64,000 nt of DNA, from contig OY970309.1 in NCBI GenBank assembly GCA_963716395.1, positions 2,240,001 to 2,304,000 of the forward strand, given 5' to 3'. A program made the translations under genes and the position numbers. Source of the stretch: an uncultured Fibrobacteria bacterium. GTDB taxonomy: Bacteria > Fibrobacterota > Fibrobacteria > UBA11236. Position 1 is the stretch's first letter; every line of letters starts with the position of its first letter. The notes below the pieces were generated by a model. It was not told the DNA's origin, ran no database searches, and worked only from the letters and a program-made list of their open reading frames with translations. Of the stretch, positions 51,113 through 64,000 are shown one piece after another.

Positions 51113-54100
51113 TCACTTCAACAGGATCATTTTTTTGGTGGCGACGAATTTTCCCGCGATGAAGCGGTAGAAATAAGGCCCCGAAGCCGCCAATTGGCCC
51201 CGGTTGGTGGTGGCGTCCCAGGTGAGGGAGTAACGTCCGGGTTTCAGGGGATTGTCGGGCCGGATCAAGGTTTTCACCACCCGGCCGCTGAAATCGTAGA
51301 TGATGAGGCTGACGGGAGTCTCGTCTTTGAGCGCGAAGCGGATGAAGGTGACGGGATTGAACGGGTTGGGAAAATTGCCGTACAGCGCGGTTTGCAGGTT
51401 GTCGGCCGGTGCGGCTTTGACCGGGCCGTAGAACGCGGCATTGCCCTGAAAGTCGACGGCTTCGAGCAGGTATTCGTAATACGAAGGACCGTATTGGGAA
51501 AGCGGGTCGAGATAGGCGTAAGCGCGTGTGGCGCTGGAGCGGCCGTCGGGCGCGCCGGGCAGAAGGTCGGTATTGAGGCGGACGTATCCCAGGGATTTGA
51601 GCGAGTCCTCGGTAAACGACAATTCCATGGGGATGGGCAGCGAATCGCAGAGGGCGCCGGTCAAGGTATCGGGCCGGGGCAGCGTGCGGCGCCAAACGTT
51701 GTAGCCCAGGTTATCATATTCGCTTTGCGTGACCCAATTGAGGCCGCTGTGGCCGCCCGTATCGGCCGCGGTGTAAAGCAGATTCATCGTGACCGCCAAA
51801 CCGTTGGCGTGGCTGATGTAAATATCCTGAATTCCTCCGGAAAAGGTGTGGTTGAATTGCAGGACTACGTCGCTGTTGGTGTTATCGAGAGTGGCGTTGT
51901 ACTGATATCCCGGCACCTGGGTTTGGTTGTTGACGATGACGTAATTGGGAATGCCGCCAAACGTCCAGCCGGTGATTTTGAACGCGGGCTTCACGCGCGG
52001 CGTGGTGGCGTCGAAACGGAAATGCGCGATGCCGCTGGAGGCGGCCTGGTACACGAAGGCGCCTTCGCCTTCGGCGAATCCGTCGCCGTTGAAATCCAGG
52101 GCGTCGCCCGTGACCAGTGAACCCGTGATGGCCGTCATGAGCTGGCTCGACACCTGCGGGCTCGACAGGGCGGAGTCGAGGCTGGCCGAATCGGAATAAT
52201 TGCGCGCGATGTCGACCATGTAATTGGTGTACACGCCGCCGGCCGATACGTTGGTTTTGGTGTAATACCCGTTGAGCAGCAGCGCCGTTTTCGCGGTCGA
52301 ATTGTCGGTGCTCGACACCGTGCTGCCGTTCATCACCACGCTGCCGCTGCCCGGTTTCACCGACAGCATGGAAAGGCCCAGGCTGTGGAAATACAGATTC
52401 GTATTGCCGCCGAGACGGCCGGCTTTGCCCGTCGCGGCCGTATATCCCAAAACGGATTCGTTGGAGTCTTCGTTGGCCAAGCCTGTGAGCACCACCTCGG
52501 TGCCGGTGGCGTCGGCCGAGAGCGAGGTCCACTTGTGCGAAATGAAGAGTTTGCCGGTGGGGTAGATGGTGAAGGTCCGTTCCAGGGTGAGATTGGGCGA
52601 TGCCACGTTCAGGGAGGCGGCATTGATCTTGACCTTGAGCCGCGTCGACGAAGAGTCGAGAATGGTATAGGTGAGGGGATTGGGCGAACTGTAGTCGTTG
52701 CCCGAGGTGTATTTGGTCGTGCTGTTATTGTCATAGCGCATGAGGTCGAGGGTGTACTGGCCCGGCCCCGTCAAGTCGGTGGCCTGGGACAGGGCCAGGT
52801 AGGGGCTGATTTCGGAACTCTTCCACGAGAAGATGCCGCCGTCGCCGTCATTGGTCGTGGTCGACCCGTTGAGGTCGATGATGAGTTCCCATTGGTTACT
52901 GCCCGCGGCGCCGAAGACCGTATCCGGGAAGTTACGCACTTTGAGCCAATGATCGGCGGCGTCGTAGGTGGTGACCAAGGCGGGCATGAGCGACGAGGCT
53001 CCCAGGTAGCCGGTGGAGTCGTCGTCGTCGATGAACAGGTTGGCCTGGGAGGTGGTGATGGTCTTGTTGAGCTGCAAGACCAGCTTCGATCCGAAACTCG
53101 ACACCGCCTGCAAAATGGTGTCGGATACGAAGTCGACCAAAGGCCGCAGGCGCGTGCCGTTGAGGTAGACGTAATTGGGCGTGCGGCCCGCGAACCAGTT
53201 GTCGATATAGAACATCGGTTGCACATGCACCTGCGGGGCGCTGTCGTTGAGGACGAGATCGACGCGGTTGTTGTTGTCGGCGCGCACGCGGTTGAGTCCA
53301 TCGAGCGGGTCGAAGCCGCGGCGGTACAGCGACTGGATTTCCTCGGGCGAAAGTTCGCGCTTGTAAATGCGGATGTCGTCGAGCACGCCTTTAAAGCGGT
53401 CGACCGATCCGCTGCCGGCGTTTTCGCCGAAATGCAGATTGCTGCTGTTGGCCACGGGCGCGGCGATGGAGGTGCCGGCCGCCACGCGTATGCCGTTTAC
53501 GTATCCGTAAATCTGGCCGCCGCTGGTGACCGTGAAGATGACGTAGTTCCAGGCGTTGTTGTTCAGCGCCACGGTGACCGAACCCGACCCCATGTTGAAG
53601 GTGACCTGATTTTGTCCCGACACCTTGCGCACGAAATAGCCGTTCGCGGTCGAAGTGCCCTTGTCGATGAAGTACGCCGTATTGCCCATGTTGGTGAAAT
53701 CGGGATCGACCCAGAAGCACAAAGACCAGTCTTGATACCCGTCGAGGGAGTCGGCATTGCCGTTGACCGACACCACGTCGGTGGTGGCCAGGCTCAGCCC
53801 GCCGGCCCATTTGCCGGTGGTCCAGGTGCCGCCAGTCAAGGCGCCGTTGTGTTGAAAGTACACCGCCTTGTCGCGCACGGTGGTGCCCGAAGCGTCGTCC
53901 AGGGGCCAATGCCCGTACAGGGCGTCTTGCCAGGAGCGCTCGCCCCAATTTGCGCCCGTATACACATGCAGCGGCAATGCGGCCGTGGCTTCGGTGTACA
54001 GCGACGCGGTCTTGGCATAAGTGGGCGTCTTGTCGCCGAGGTACAGCAAAAAAGATTGGGTGCGGATTTGATGCGGCGCGAGGGAAGCCATGGCCGTGGT

Positions 54101-57100
54101 TTGCCATTTGACGAAACCGCCCGATCCCGCAGCCGTGGATTGCGCCCAGGATTCGGCGGCCGCAGCGCCGGTGTCGAGCGGCAAGGTCGCCAGCACGGCC
54201 AAGCCCCGCGTCGCGGTGGTGAGATATCCGAAGCCGTTATCGCTGCCGCCGTTGCCGTAAGCTGCCGTGGCGTTGTTTACCGTGGTGGTATAGGCCACCG
54301 TATCCATCGCCACGGTGCCGGCATAGAGGTTGCGCAATTGCGACTCGACGTAGATGTGGCCCGAAGGCAGAATGGTGTAATAGACGTCGAGGTCCATACT
54401 GGCCGTCACCGCCAGCCGCTGCCACACATACGCGTAAGCCCGGTTTTTGGCCAGGAGTATAGGGGTGATGGTGTTGGAGGTTTGTGCCGAGGCCTTGTAG
54501 CTGCCGATTTGCACGTCGAAGAGCAGCGAATTTGCGGCCAGCAAATTGGTGGTGGTGTCGCCGCCGTCGTACAAGGCGTCGATGCCGCCGCCACGCGCCT
54601 TGTCGAATACGATTTTCCAGTCGGCGTTGCGCACCGTGACCGTGCTCGCGGTGGTCGACGTGATGAGGGTGTCGAAGTTGCCGCTGGTGGTATTGCCGTA
54701 TCCCGTGCCTTCGTAAACCCCGATGTCGGGCGCCGCGCCCGTCGGGCGCGCATCGCCGTACAGATCGTGCGAGGTGGTGACGCTGTACCCGCCGCTGACC
54801 AGACTCGCGGTGCCGGCGTCGATGGCCGGCGACGTCGGCAGCAGTTTGCCGAAGTTGTAATCGCCCAAAGTGGTGGAAGCCAGCAGGGGATCTTTGATGA
54901 TTTTGTTGGCATCGGTTTCGCCCGCCACTTCGTCGCCCGTGGTCACCTGCCAGAACAGATTGTTGGAGACGAGCCCGATGTCGCTGGAATACACGTTGCG
55001 GATTCCGTAATTGAAGTTGTAGAAGATGTTATTGGTGACGGTGCTGCTGGTATAAGTCGCGTTGCCGTCATAATGAAAACCTTCGGTGGCGCCGCCCGAT
55101 CCGAAGAACAGGTTGTTGACGAAGTTCTGGTTGCGGCCGTTGTAGACGCTGATTCCGTAGCTTGTGGGTTGGTAGCACAAATTGTTGGCGACCAGAATGT
55201 TCTGATTGGTGGAGCTGGGAATGTGGATGCAGGTTTGGTGTTTGGTGCTCCCATTGTTGAATATCCGGCAACCATCGACGGTGATGCCCGTGCCGTTATA
55301 GCGGATATAAATTCCGTCATAACCGTTGGTGCCCGCCTTGATGTCCAGGTTGCGCAACACAATGTTCGAGTTGGCGGCTACGGTGTAGTAATAGGTGCTG
55401 GAATTCTCGCTCACGCTGCCCGAGCCGTTAAGAGTGGGGCGGGTTTGCCCGTCGAAAGCCTGGATGATGGTGGGCTTGGCGTTGATGGTGAAGGAATTGT
55501 CGGTGTAGGTGCCCGGCAGTACGCGTACCACCACGGTATCGTTGGCCGTGCAATTGCTCACGGCGCTGCTGATGGTGAGTTTGGGCGTGGCGGGATTCGC
55601 GGCCGTGGCGCAGGAGTTGGCGTCGGAACCGATGGCCGAGTCGACATACACGGTGTCGGCGCCGTACAGGTTCTGGAAAATGTTGGCGGTGTCGGAGGAC
55701 GAAGAGTTGATGGGCGACCATTTGCCGGCCGTGTTGTGGATGGCCAGCCCGAAGTAATAGGTGTTGGGATAGGTGGCCGGAACCAAATATGTGGTGTCGG
55801 TGGTGGAAATCGCCTTGCGCGTCACCAAGGTTCCCACGCCCGCGCTGTCGGGGAAATAGGTGTTGCTGTACGCCGTCGAGGTCGCTTGGTATTTGACCCA
55901 GATGCCGATCGAGTCGGCGTTGGTCGAGTCGGTGATGCTCGCACCCCAACTGCATTGAATGCCCCCAACGGCGGCATTGCAGGTCAGCACGGCGTTGTTG
56001 TCGGGGCCGGGTCGGCTGTTCCAGAACACGTTACCCGTGGCGCGCTGGGTTTGATAGCTCAATTTGATCCAGTTAGAGTCGCGCACGGTGTTGGCGATGG
56101 CGACTTCGTCGAACTTCCCCTGGTAATACGCGTCGGCGCTCCAATTTGAATGACCCAAGAAATTGCTCGTGCGGGTGATCACATTGGGTGGCAAGGCTGA
56201 AGTTCCGCTTTGGATCAAGGAACCGTTCTTGTACATCTTGATAGCAGTTCCATTGAAGGTGACCGCGAAATGGGCCCAAACTCCCGTGGCGAGCGCGCTG
56301 GTCGCGTTGACAGCTATCCCGTCGCTCGAGCCATTGTAGACGTCCGCGCTCCAAGTAGTGCCGGTGCTATTGCGCCCCGACCAAAGGTTATCCGAATGCG
56401 TTCCATTGCCGAAGTCAAATAGCCGCGCGTAAGATCCGGTACTCGCCCAATAGGCCCAGCCGGTGTAAGTGAAGCCGTTGGACCAATCCGCAAACCCGGA
56501 GGGAGCGCTGAGGTATTTACTCACACCGTCCAAGCTATCGCAACCGGCGATGATGCCGCCGGTATATTCGCTGCCGGTGTAATTGTTGGTGGTCAAACTC
56601 AGGCTGTTGGCCGTGGCATCAGGGCGCGACCCGGTGCCGCTGGTATTCAAATGCCAATCGGCTACGTACCCATTCGCGGTGGAGAACACGCAGGTGCCGC
56701 ATTGGCCGTCAGGCACGGTGACGCCCGAGGCCTGTTGGTAATACAAGGTGATGAAATCATGATCGCTGTTGCCGTCGATCTGGGGAACGAGTACCCATAC
56801 TTCGGCGCTGTCGGGCGATGTGCTCCATCTTTCGATTTGGTAGTTCAGCCAAGTTTTGCCATCGCCGTCGAGAAAGCGAATATCCGGGGCGTTGGTCTGC
56901 ACCGCCGCGGTGATGCCGCCTCCGGTGATGCGCACCAGCAAAGGGAAATTGGTCACGTTGCTGAGGACATTGGCGCCGGTTTTGGTGGTGTTGAAAATGA
57001 ATTTCTTGGTGTGCTGAAAATCCGATGGGCTGGGGTTGAACAAGGGCGTGGCGTCGGTGCGCTGATTCTGGTAGGCGAGTTTGATCCAGTTGGAATCGCG

Positions 57101-60100
57101 CACCACGTTGGACACTTCGATCTCGTCGATAACCCCGTCCCAATACCGGGAGTCGGTCGCGTCGCCGACGCGTCCGACCTGCATCACCGTGGGCGTTTTC
57201 GAGGTAAAAGCCACGCCGGATATGGTGGATGAAGCCACCATGGCCCCGTTGACGTACAGCTTGGCGGAACCGGTTCGGTCCCAGGTGGCCGCGACATGGG
57301 CCCAAGCCCCCGCCGTAGCCGTCCCTCCCGTCAAGTTTCCGGTAACGCCGTCGGTCCCATCCTGGTAACTCAGATTATAGCCCGTGCCATTGATGCCGAG
57401 ATTACATTCGAGTGCATCGGTACCGTTGATACCGAGCCCGTTATAGGTTGTCGCCGTAGTCCCATTCGATTCGTACATGGTCACCATCGTGCGAACCTGA
57501 TCGGGCTTCACCCAATGCGAAATGGTGCCGGTAGTCTTGGGCCATTGCAAGGTGTGGGTGAAGTTGTCCGCTTGCGTTGCGCTTGCGTCTCCGGCAGTGC
57601 CCCCCTGGAAATCGAGGCCGCGACCAATGACTCCCGCTACGGTATGGTTGCTGGTGTTGTCGTTCGTAGTGTTGTTCTTGTAGGTGCCGTTCTGCGCAGC
57701 GACCACTTCGGAAACGGTGGCGCTTGCGGCCGTATCGTTCATATGCCACACGCCCGTGAACCCATTCGCGGTACTGAACACGCAGGTGGCGCATTGGCCG
57801 TCAGGCGCGGTGACGCCAGACGCCTGCTGGTAATACATAGTGATGTAACTGCTGGTGCTGTTGCCCGCGATTTTGGGAACGAGCACCCAAATCTCGGCCG
57901 AATCCGTCGCCGTGGTTTTCCAGCGTTCGATTTGATAGGGCAGCCAGGTCACGCCGTCGCTGGCGAGAAAGCGAATGTCTTGCCCGGCGCTTTGGCAGGC
58001 GCCGATGATGGTCGAACCGGTGAGGCGGATCAACACAGGAAAGTTGTACACGTCGCCCGCCACATTGGCGCCCGTCGAGGTGGTGTTGAACTTGAAAATT
58101 TTGGAATGCTGAAATGAAGCCGTGGTGACGGCTGTGGTCATGAAGGTACTGTTCGGTTTTTGGTTTTGGTAAGAGAGTTTGATGTAATTCGAGTCGAGGG
58201 CAGCGGTGGTATTGCTGAGTCGGACTTCGGAGATTTCGCCGTTGAATTGCCGGCCCGTCTGTCCCAGGTTTTCGCCGATGTAGAGATCGGCGCTATTCGT
58301 ATCCACATTGCCGGTGACCGAGATTGCAGAACCGTCTTTGGATCCATCGACAAACAGTCTGACATTCGACCCGTCATAGGTGCCGACGACATAATGCCAA
58401 TTGCCGTCGGCTACGTTCACGGCGGAAGAAGAGGTACCGTACGCGATTCCACCGATGGAGATCGCGAAATAAGCCGCGTTGGAAGTGTTGTTTCGTTGCA
58501 GCCGGTAAGCATTATCGGCTTTGGTGACGATGGCCTGCCAGGTTTTGGTCCAGGCCGGTATCTTGACCCAGGTCGAAACGGCGATATTGGTGGTGAAGTT
58601 GTAATTGCTTTCCTTGGGGATGTCGATGTAATCGGTGCTGCCGTCGAATACGAGAGCCGTTTGCGTGGTGAGCCCCGCAATATTGGCCATGTTCTTGAAA
58701 TAGGTGCCGTTATTGGCCAAGGCCGTGGCGTCATAGGCCTTGTCCTTGGTTCCCTCCAGATGATAGACCGACTTGTAATTCTTCCACAGCGAATCGGGCC
58801 GCTCCTGCGGGTTGCCCGAGCAGGCGGCGCAGCCGTAATACAATTTGATGTAATCGGTCGATGAATTGCCGTCGACTTGCGGTACCTTGACCCAGACTTT
58901 TCCGTTCTGGTTGGCTTTGTCCCATTGCACGACTTCGTGGTACAGGCGCGTACCGTCGGGGTCGACGAAGAGAATATCTTTGGCGTCGTCGCGCACCTTG
59001 GTGAAATCGAAGTTGGAACTGGAAAGCGTCACCAGAATGGGAATGTTGGTGACATTGGCGGAAACGTTGGCGCCGCTGGAAGTCGTATTGAAATTCAGAA
59101 TAACCGAATTGGTGTAGTCGCCGCTGGCATAGCCCACGGTCACGGCTGTTGCTCCTCGCACCTGGGTTTGGTAACAGAGCTTGACCCAATCCGCGGAGCG
59201 CACCGTGGTGCTGATGCTGATTTCGTCGAGGCCGCCGTTCCAATAATTGCTGCTTAGGAATTCGCCGATGTTCAGATTTCCCGTGCCCTTGTAAACGGCG
59301 CCGGCGGTGCGGCTGTTGTTATAAACTCCGTTATAATAAAGCGTTTGCAGCTTGGAGGAACTGTTAAATGTTGCGGTCCAGTATTGCCAAACTCCCGTAT
59401 TGGTGTTGGTTGCCGAAGAGTTTAAATCGTCGTTCCATAAACCCAATGTGAAATAGTCGGTATTGCGATAACCGAATTGCAGCCCGCTGTCGTTGACGCC
59501 GCCCCCTTGGCCGATGAGGAAGTTGAGGGATCCCGTGGCCGCACGGTTGACCCAACCGCTGAGGGTGAAGCTGCCGTTGGCGATATTCACATTGGCTGTG
59601 GCCGAAGGCGCGGTCAAATATTGCGTCGAGCCGTTGAAGGTTTGGCCTTGGGCGATGTCTGACCCGACCTGGGTTCCGCTGGTCATGGCCGTGCCCGTGG
59701 CCGGGCTGCGACCCACGGCATCGGCATAACCAGCGGTAGTGGTGTTGCCGACCTCGTTCAAATGCCAGTCGGCGATGAACCCGTTGTTGCTGTTGAATAC
59801 CGCCTGCCCGCTGCTTAAACTCGTGGCGGTGTTTTTGCCCCAATACATGTTGAAATATTGGCTGTTGTTGTTCGCATAGACCGTATCCACCAGCACCCAG
59901 ATTTCCGCCGAGTCGGCGGTATTGCTCCAGCGTTCAATCTGGTACGGCATCAAGGTTCCGTCGGCTTTGGCGAAGCGAAGGTCGCCGCCGTTGGCCTGGG
60001 CCTGCGCAAAATTGAAGTTCGAGGCGTTCAGCCGCACCAGTAGGGGAAAGCCGGTGACATTGGTGGTGGTATTGGCGCCCGTCGCCGTGGTGTTCACATA

Positions 60101-63100
60101 CACCTTGGTCGTGTAGGACCAGGTCGATAACGCGGTGTTGGGGTACGAAACCGCGACTTCGCCGCTGGGCTTCTGGGTTTGATAATCGAGCTTGATTTGA
60201 TCTGCACTGAGCGCGCTGTGAATGAAGCGCACTTCATCCAAAACGCCGTTGAAGAAGTAACTGGTCGGCAAAGGCGACCAGAAGGTGAGCGCATCGTATC
60301 CCGCCCGCCAGTAACCGCTGAAGTTCTGAGCCGTGGTCGTGGTGGGATCGCTGGCGACTTGCGCGCCGTCCACGAACAGCATTTCGCCGGAGCCGGAAAG
60401 CTGTGCCACCACAAAATGCCAGGCGCCATCGTTGTAGGCGGATGTGGAACTGATGATTTTATTGCCTACTCGGAGCGACGCCGAAGTTGAGCTTGCCGGT
60501 ATTGTCCATCCAAACCATGCGGTCGTAATTGGCGCTGGCCCCGGTTTTCGCATCTCCGAAACCCAAAATTTTTCCGCCGGAGGTAGGTGCTGGTTTTGAA
60601 CCAGGCTCAAATGGTGAAGGTATTGGGGTTGGAAAACTGAGTGGTGGTGGAGACGTATTTCGAACTGCCGTCGAGTTTGTACCCATAGCTGATATCGGCG
60701 CTGACACTGTCGCCGGTGACGCCGCCCTGGGCCGTGCCGTTATTGCCGTTGCCCGAGGCGTCGGTGAATTGCGGCGCGGTGCCGCCGGGGCTTTGCTGCA
60801 AGTGGTACACGCCGACATAGGAACCGAACACGCTCGCGTCGCTGCTTTGGCTGGACGCGCTCGGCCGGCCCCAATACATCTTGATGTAATCCGTATTGGA
60901 GTTGGCGTCGACCTGCGGCACCTTCACCCACAGCCAGGCTTTTTTATTCGTGTAATCCCATTTCTCAATCGAATAGGAAAGTACGGTGCCGTCGGGATCG
61001 GTGAAGCGAATGTCGGATCCGTCGGTTTTGGCTTGCGAGAAAATGAAGTTGTTCGAGTCGAGTCGCACCAGCATGGGATAGTTGGTGATGTTGGTTGAGG
61101 TGTTGGCGCCGGTCGAGGTGGTGTTGAAATTGATGGCGGTCGAATAGGCCCAGGCCGAATAATCGAAAGTCCAATTCGTGTTAGCGCCGCCGTTGGTGCT
61201 GTTATCCGCCGCGCCTGTGGAACCTCCCCCGGCATTGCTGCCCGCGATGTTGGCGTAGTTGGCGCTCAAGGCTCCGGCTACGGTCAGCGTCCAGGCCGTG
61301 GCGTTCATGTCCAAGAGATTTCCGCTTTGACCCGTGAAGCTGGCGTTGCCGGCTACCGTAAGGGTTCTGCCGTTCAAGTTGGAAAAGCTGGTGGTCGCGC
61401 CGTTGGTCACCGTGAAGTTGCCGGAACTGGTCGTGCTGATGTTCTGCCCGTTGAAATTCAAAATACCCGCGCTTTGCGTGAACGAAAGGCAGGTCAGCGC
61501 GTTGGTGGAAAGTTGCAGGGTGCCGGCTCCGGTGTGGGAAATATTGGGATGCGTGGCGCCCGAGTTGGGGGTGAAAGTTTGTGTCCCCGAGCCCGCAGTG
61601 AAGGCCAAGGTTCCTGTTCCCACCGTTAAGGTGCCCAGGTTGGAGAGGTCGGCGTTCCCCGAAGTAACCTGCACGGTACTGGAACCGAAATCCATGGTTC
61701 CGGCGGCGGTAGAAATGGATGTGACGGAATGCGTGAATCCGCTACCCCATTGCCAGGTGCCCGAGGTCAAGGTAAAGGCGCCGGCGGTTAGCGCGTTGGT
61801 GGCCACGGCCACGGTTCCCGAAGACCCGGATTTGGTGATGGCGGGAAAGGTGGCCCCGGATTTGGGCGTGAAGGTTTGCGTGCCGGAATTGCCGGTGAAG
61901 GCGAGCGTGCCCGTACCGGCCGTCACGGTTTGACCGGAAACAAAAGTGGCGTTGCCCGTATTGATGGTCAAGGTGTAAGACCCGAAATTAAACGTGCCGG
62001 TGTACCCGGTAAAATCAATGGAAGCCGCGGCTTGGCTGGCCGACATCGTGGCGTTGGCATTGGCATTGGAGCCGCTGCCGTTGAAGGAAAGGTTGAGACC
62101 CGTGGAGGAAATGGCCGTGCCGCCCTGGAACTCGTCGAACACAGCCACGCCCGTGAGTCCGGAATTGTGGGAGCAGAGCAACAGGCCGATTTGAGAATTG
62201 GCATTGGTGCTCACCACGGTTTGCGTCGTGTTTTGCTGGGTCCAGGTGCTGGCCAACGAGGTTCGGTAGTAGGCGCTCACCGAAGATCCGCTTTTGACCA
62301 GACGCAGCCAGACCGGGAGGGTCACCGCCGAGCCGCTGATGCCGATGGACGCCAATTGGCCCGCCGTGGTGGTGCTCGCCTCGAATTCGAGTTTCAAATC
62401 GCCGCGCACGGCGATCCCCGCATAGCCGCCCGAATTATTCGCCGTCCCCGGTCCCAGGACCGTGAAGTCATTCGCCATGTAGATGCCCGCCTTGGCGGCG
62501 GTGTTTGTGTTGTAAACCGAATCGACCCGTACCGTCACATCGAAATCGCCCGTGATATCCGCGCGGCGCAAGGCCGTGAATTCGTTCGTGGTCTGCCAAA
62601 GTTCCGAGCCGCGCCCCTGGATAGTCAGACGCCCGTACTTCGTGGTTTGGTCGCACGTGCCCGTGCCCGCATTGTTGTCCGCGTCCTGGCAGGTCCATGA
62701 GCCGCCGAGGGTGGTGGACGAGAAATCGTCGTCGGTGGTGGAGGCGGGTCGGCGGCCCGTACCGTCAGCGTTACCCGTCCAGTTATACGCCTTACTGAAA
62801 TCGGTACTGGAAGTCAGCACATCGTTGCGATTCCAATAATAGGTGTTGCCTTGGGTGGAACCATATAAGACGGGAGTGGCTCCCGCCACTTGGGTTTGAT
62901 AATTGAGTTTGGCCCAGTCGGCGCTTCGAGAAGAGGAGGAAATTTGCACTTCATCGAGGGAACCGTTGAATATTTCGGTTGTGTTGGCCGCGCTTGGGAT
63001 GCCGAAACGCAGGTAGGTGGTGTTATTGTTCACCGTCTGGGTCACGCTGGTATTGGCAGTTCCCGCCGAAGTCCCGTTAATGTATAGGGTCTGAGTCCCT

Positions 63101-63972
63101 CCGGAATAGGTTCCCATGATGTATACCCAGGTACCGGCCGAATATGCGCCGCTCTTTTGCCAATCCTTTGCGTTGCTCTCGCTACCCACGCGATACCACA
63201 TCGAACCATCCGAACGTGCTTTGAATGTCCAACCAACGCCGCTGGCATCGTTGGGATTTTTGTCGACGATTTCCTGGTTCGCCAAGCTCGTCGCCTTCAT
63301 CCAGAACGAAACGGTTTGCGAACTGGCCGAACCCGGCCAAGGTCCGAAGCCCAGGTAACTGGCTGAGCCGTCGAAGGCGGTGCCGTTTCCGATCACTCCA
63401 GCCACCTGCCCTGCTCCTGCATTCGTCATACCCCCCGCCGCCGAATCATTGTAAATACCGGTTGCGTCTCGGTAATTGCCGACGGAATTGCTGCCGGTCT
63501 CGCCTAAATGCCAAACCCCAATGAAACTGTTTGAAGTCGAAAACACCGAAGAAGCGCTGGAGGCATCGCTTTGTCCGCTTTTGCCCCAGTAAATACGGAT
63601 GTCCGTGGTTGAGTTTCCCGCAACGCTGGGCACCAGCACCCAAATATCCGCCGAGGTGGAGTTGGTCCAATCCTCGATTTGATAAGACAAGGCCGTGGAC
63701 CCGTCGGAACTGGAAAAGCGCACGTCGGCGCCGCCGGAAAGCGCCCCGCTCAAAATGTCGCTGGCGAAGAAGTTGGTGAGGCGGATTAACACCGGATAAT
63801 TCGTCTGGGTAGTCGAAACGTTGGCGCCGCCGCCGGTGTTGGTCGTATTAACGGTGAGCGTCTTGTATTTTGCCCAAGTGTCATAGGGACCGGCTTGGGC
63901 GATGGCGGCGATCCACAACACACTCGCGCCAAGCCAAATCCAGGAGCGGCTGGGTAGTCGCAATGTCTTCAC
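51113..63972 (-). CDS. Giant (~4,285 aa) secreted protein: six DUF2341+LamG modules, beta-helix regions, C-terminal FlgD-Ig/T9SS-like domain; frame disrupted at ~60465-60610
   Basis: Signal peptide. The module NTT..GANV...NFP.LVRL / DIRF...DG...YQIE.W / WVLVP / WIKL.YQ.Q recurs six times. Also DARP.GAAPDIGVYE and C-terminal NFPNPFNP...WDAT...SGPYFYRF...KKMILLK. ORFs 60607..63972, 60459..60818 and 51113..60610 join into one continuous LamG domain. Confidence 0.85.
56669..57837. repeat. Intragenic direct repeat (56669-56745 and 57761-57837) between DUF2341 modules 5 and 6
   Basis: Two highly similar 77-bp copies 1092 bp apart, both encoding YQQASGVT.PDGQC.TCVFSTANG. Confidence 0.8.
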
Positions 63973-64000
63973 GCCTCGAAGATGGCTTCGAGCCCGGGGG

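Noticed and set aside
56669-57837. Diversity-generating retroelement TR/VR pair
   Set aside because: The mismatches are not adenine-specific, both copies are coding module parts, and no reverse transcriptase is in the window.
60607-60609. In-frame TGA as selenocysteine or programmed readthrough
   Set aside because: The position corresponds to Glu/Ser in the LamG pattern, and two further frameshifts follow, so readthrough alone would not restore the protein.

Overview
Bacterial chromosomal window, GC-rich. The lineage is probably Fibrobacterota-like; this is an inference from FlgD-Ig/T9SS-type C-terminal domains, DUF2341-LamG repeats and a long-type PPi-PFK. Positions 1-10.1 kb are the end of a visibly less GC-rich island abutting the 3' end of tRNA-Pro(GGG). 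It carries type I R-M hsdR (3' part), an Mre11/SbcD-like nuclease plus YhaN-like SMC ATPase pair, and a complete IS21. The core region holds pfp, a secreted HEXXH peptidase, mgtE, thyA-folA, an arsenic operon, tRNA-Leu(CAG), a cobalamin riboswitch ahead of a metE-nrdA-nrdB operon, a cusCBA-copA copper operon divergent from a Spy/CpxP plus two-component module, a kinase-HAD-beta-barrel cluster, mnmA, a Lol-like ABC cassette, a cNMP/DUF4388 protein, and a ~4,285-aa secreted DUF2341/LamG protein split by probable sequencing indels. The top candidate for novelty is an unannotated 57-aa ORF in the ars operon (18224-18397) with 8 consecutive Cys and 14 Cys in total, translationally coupled to the arsenite aquaporin; it may be a metallothionein-like arsenic chelator. 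No databases were searched, so family names come from motif recognition.
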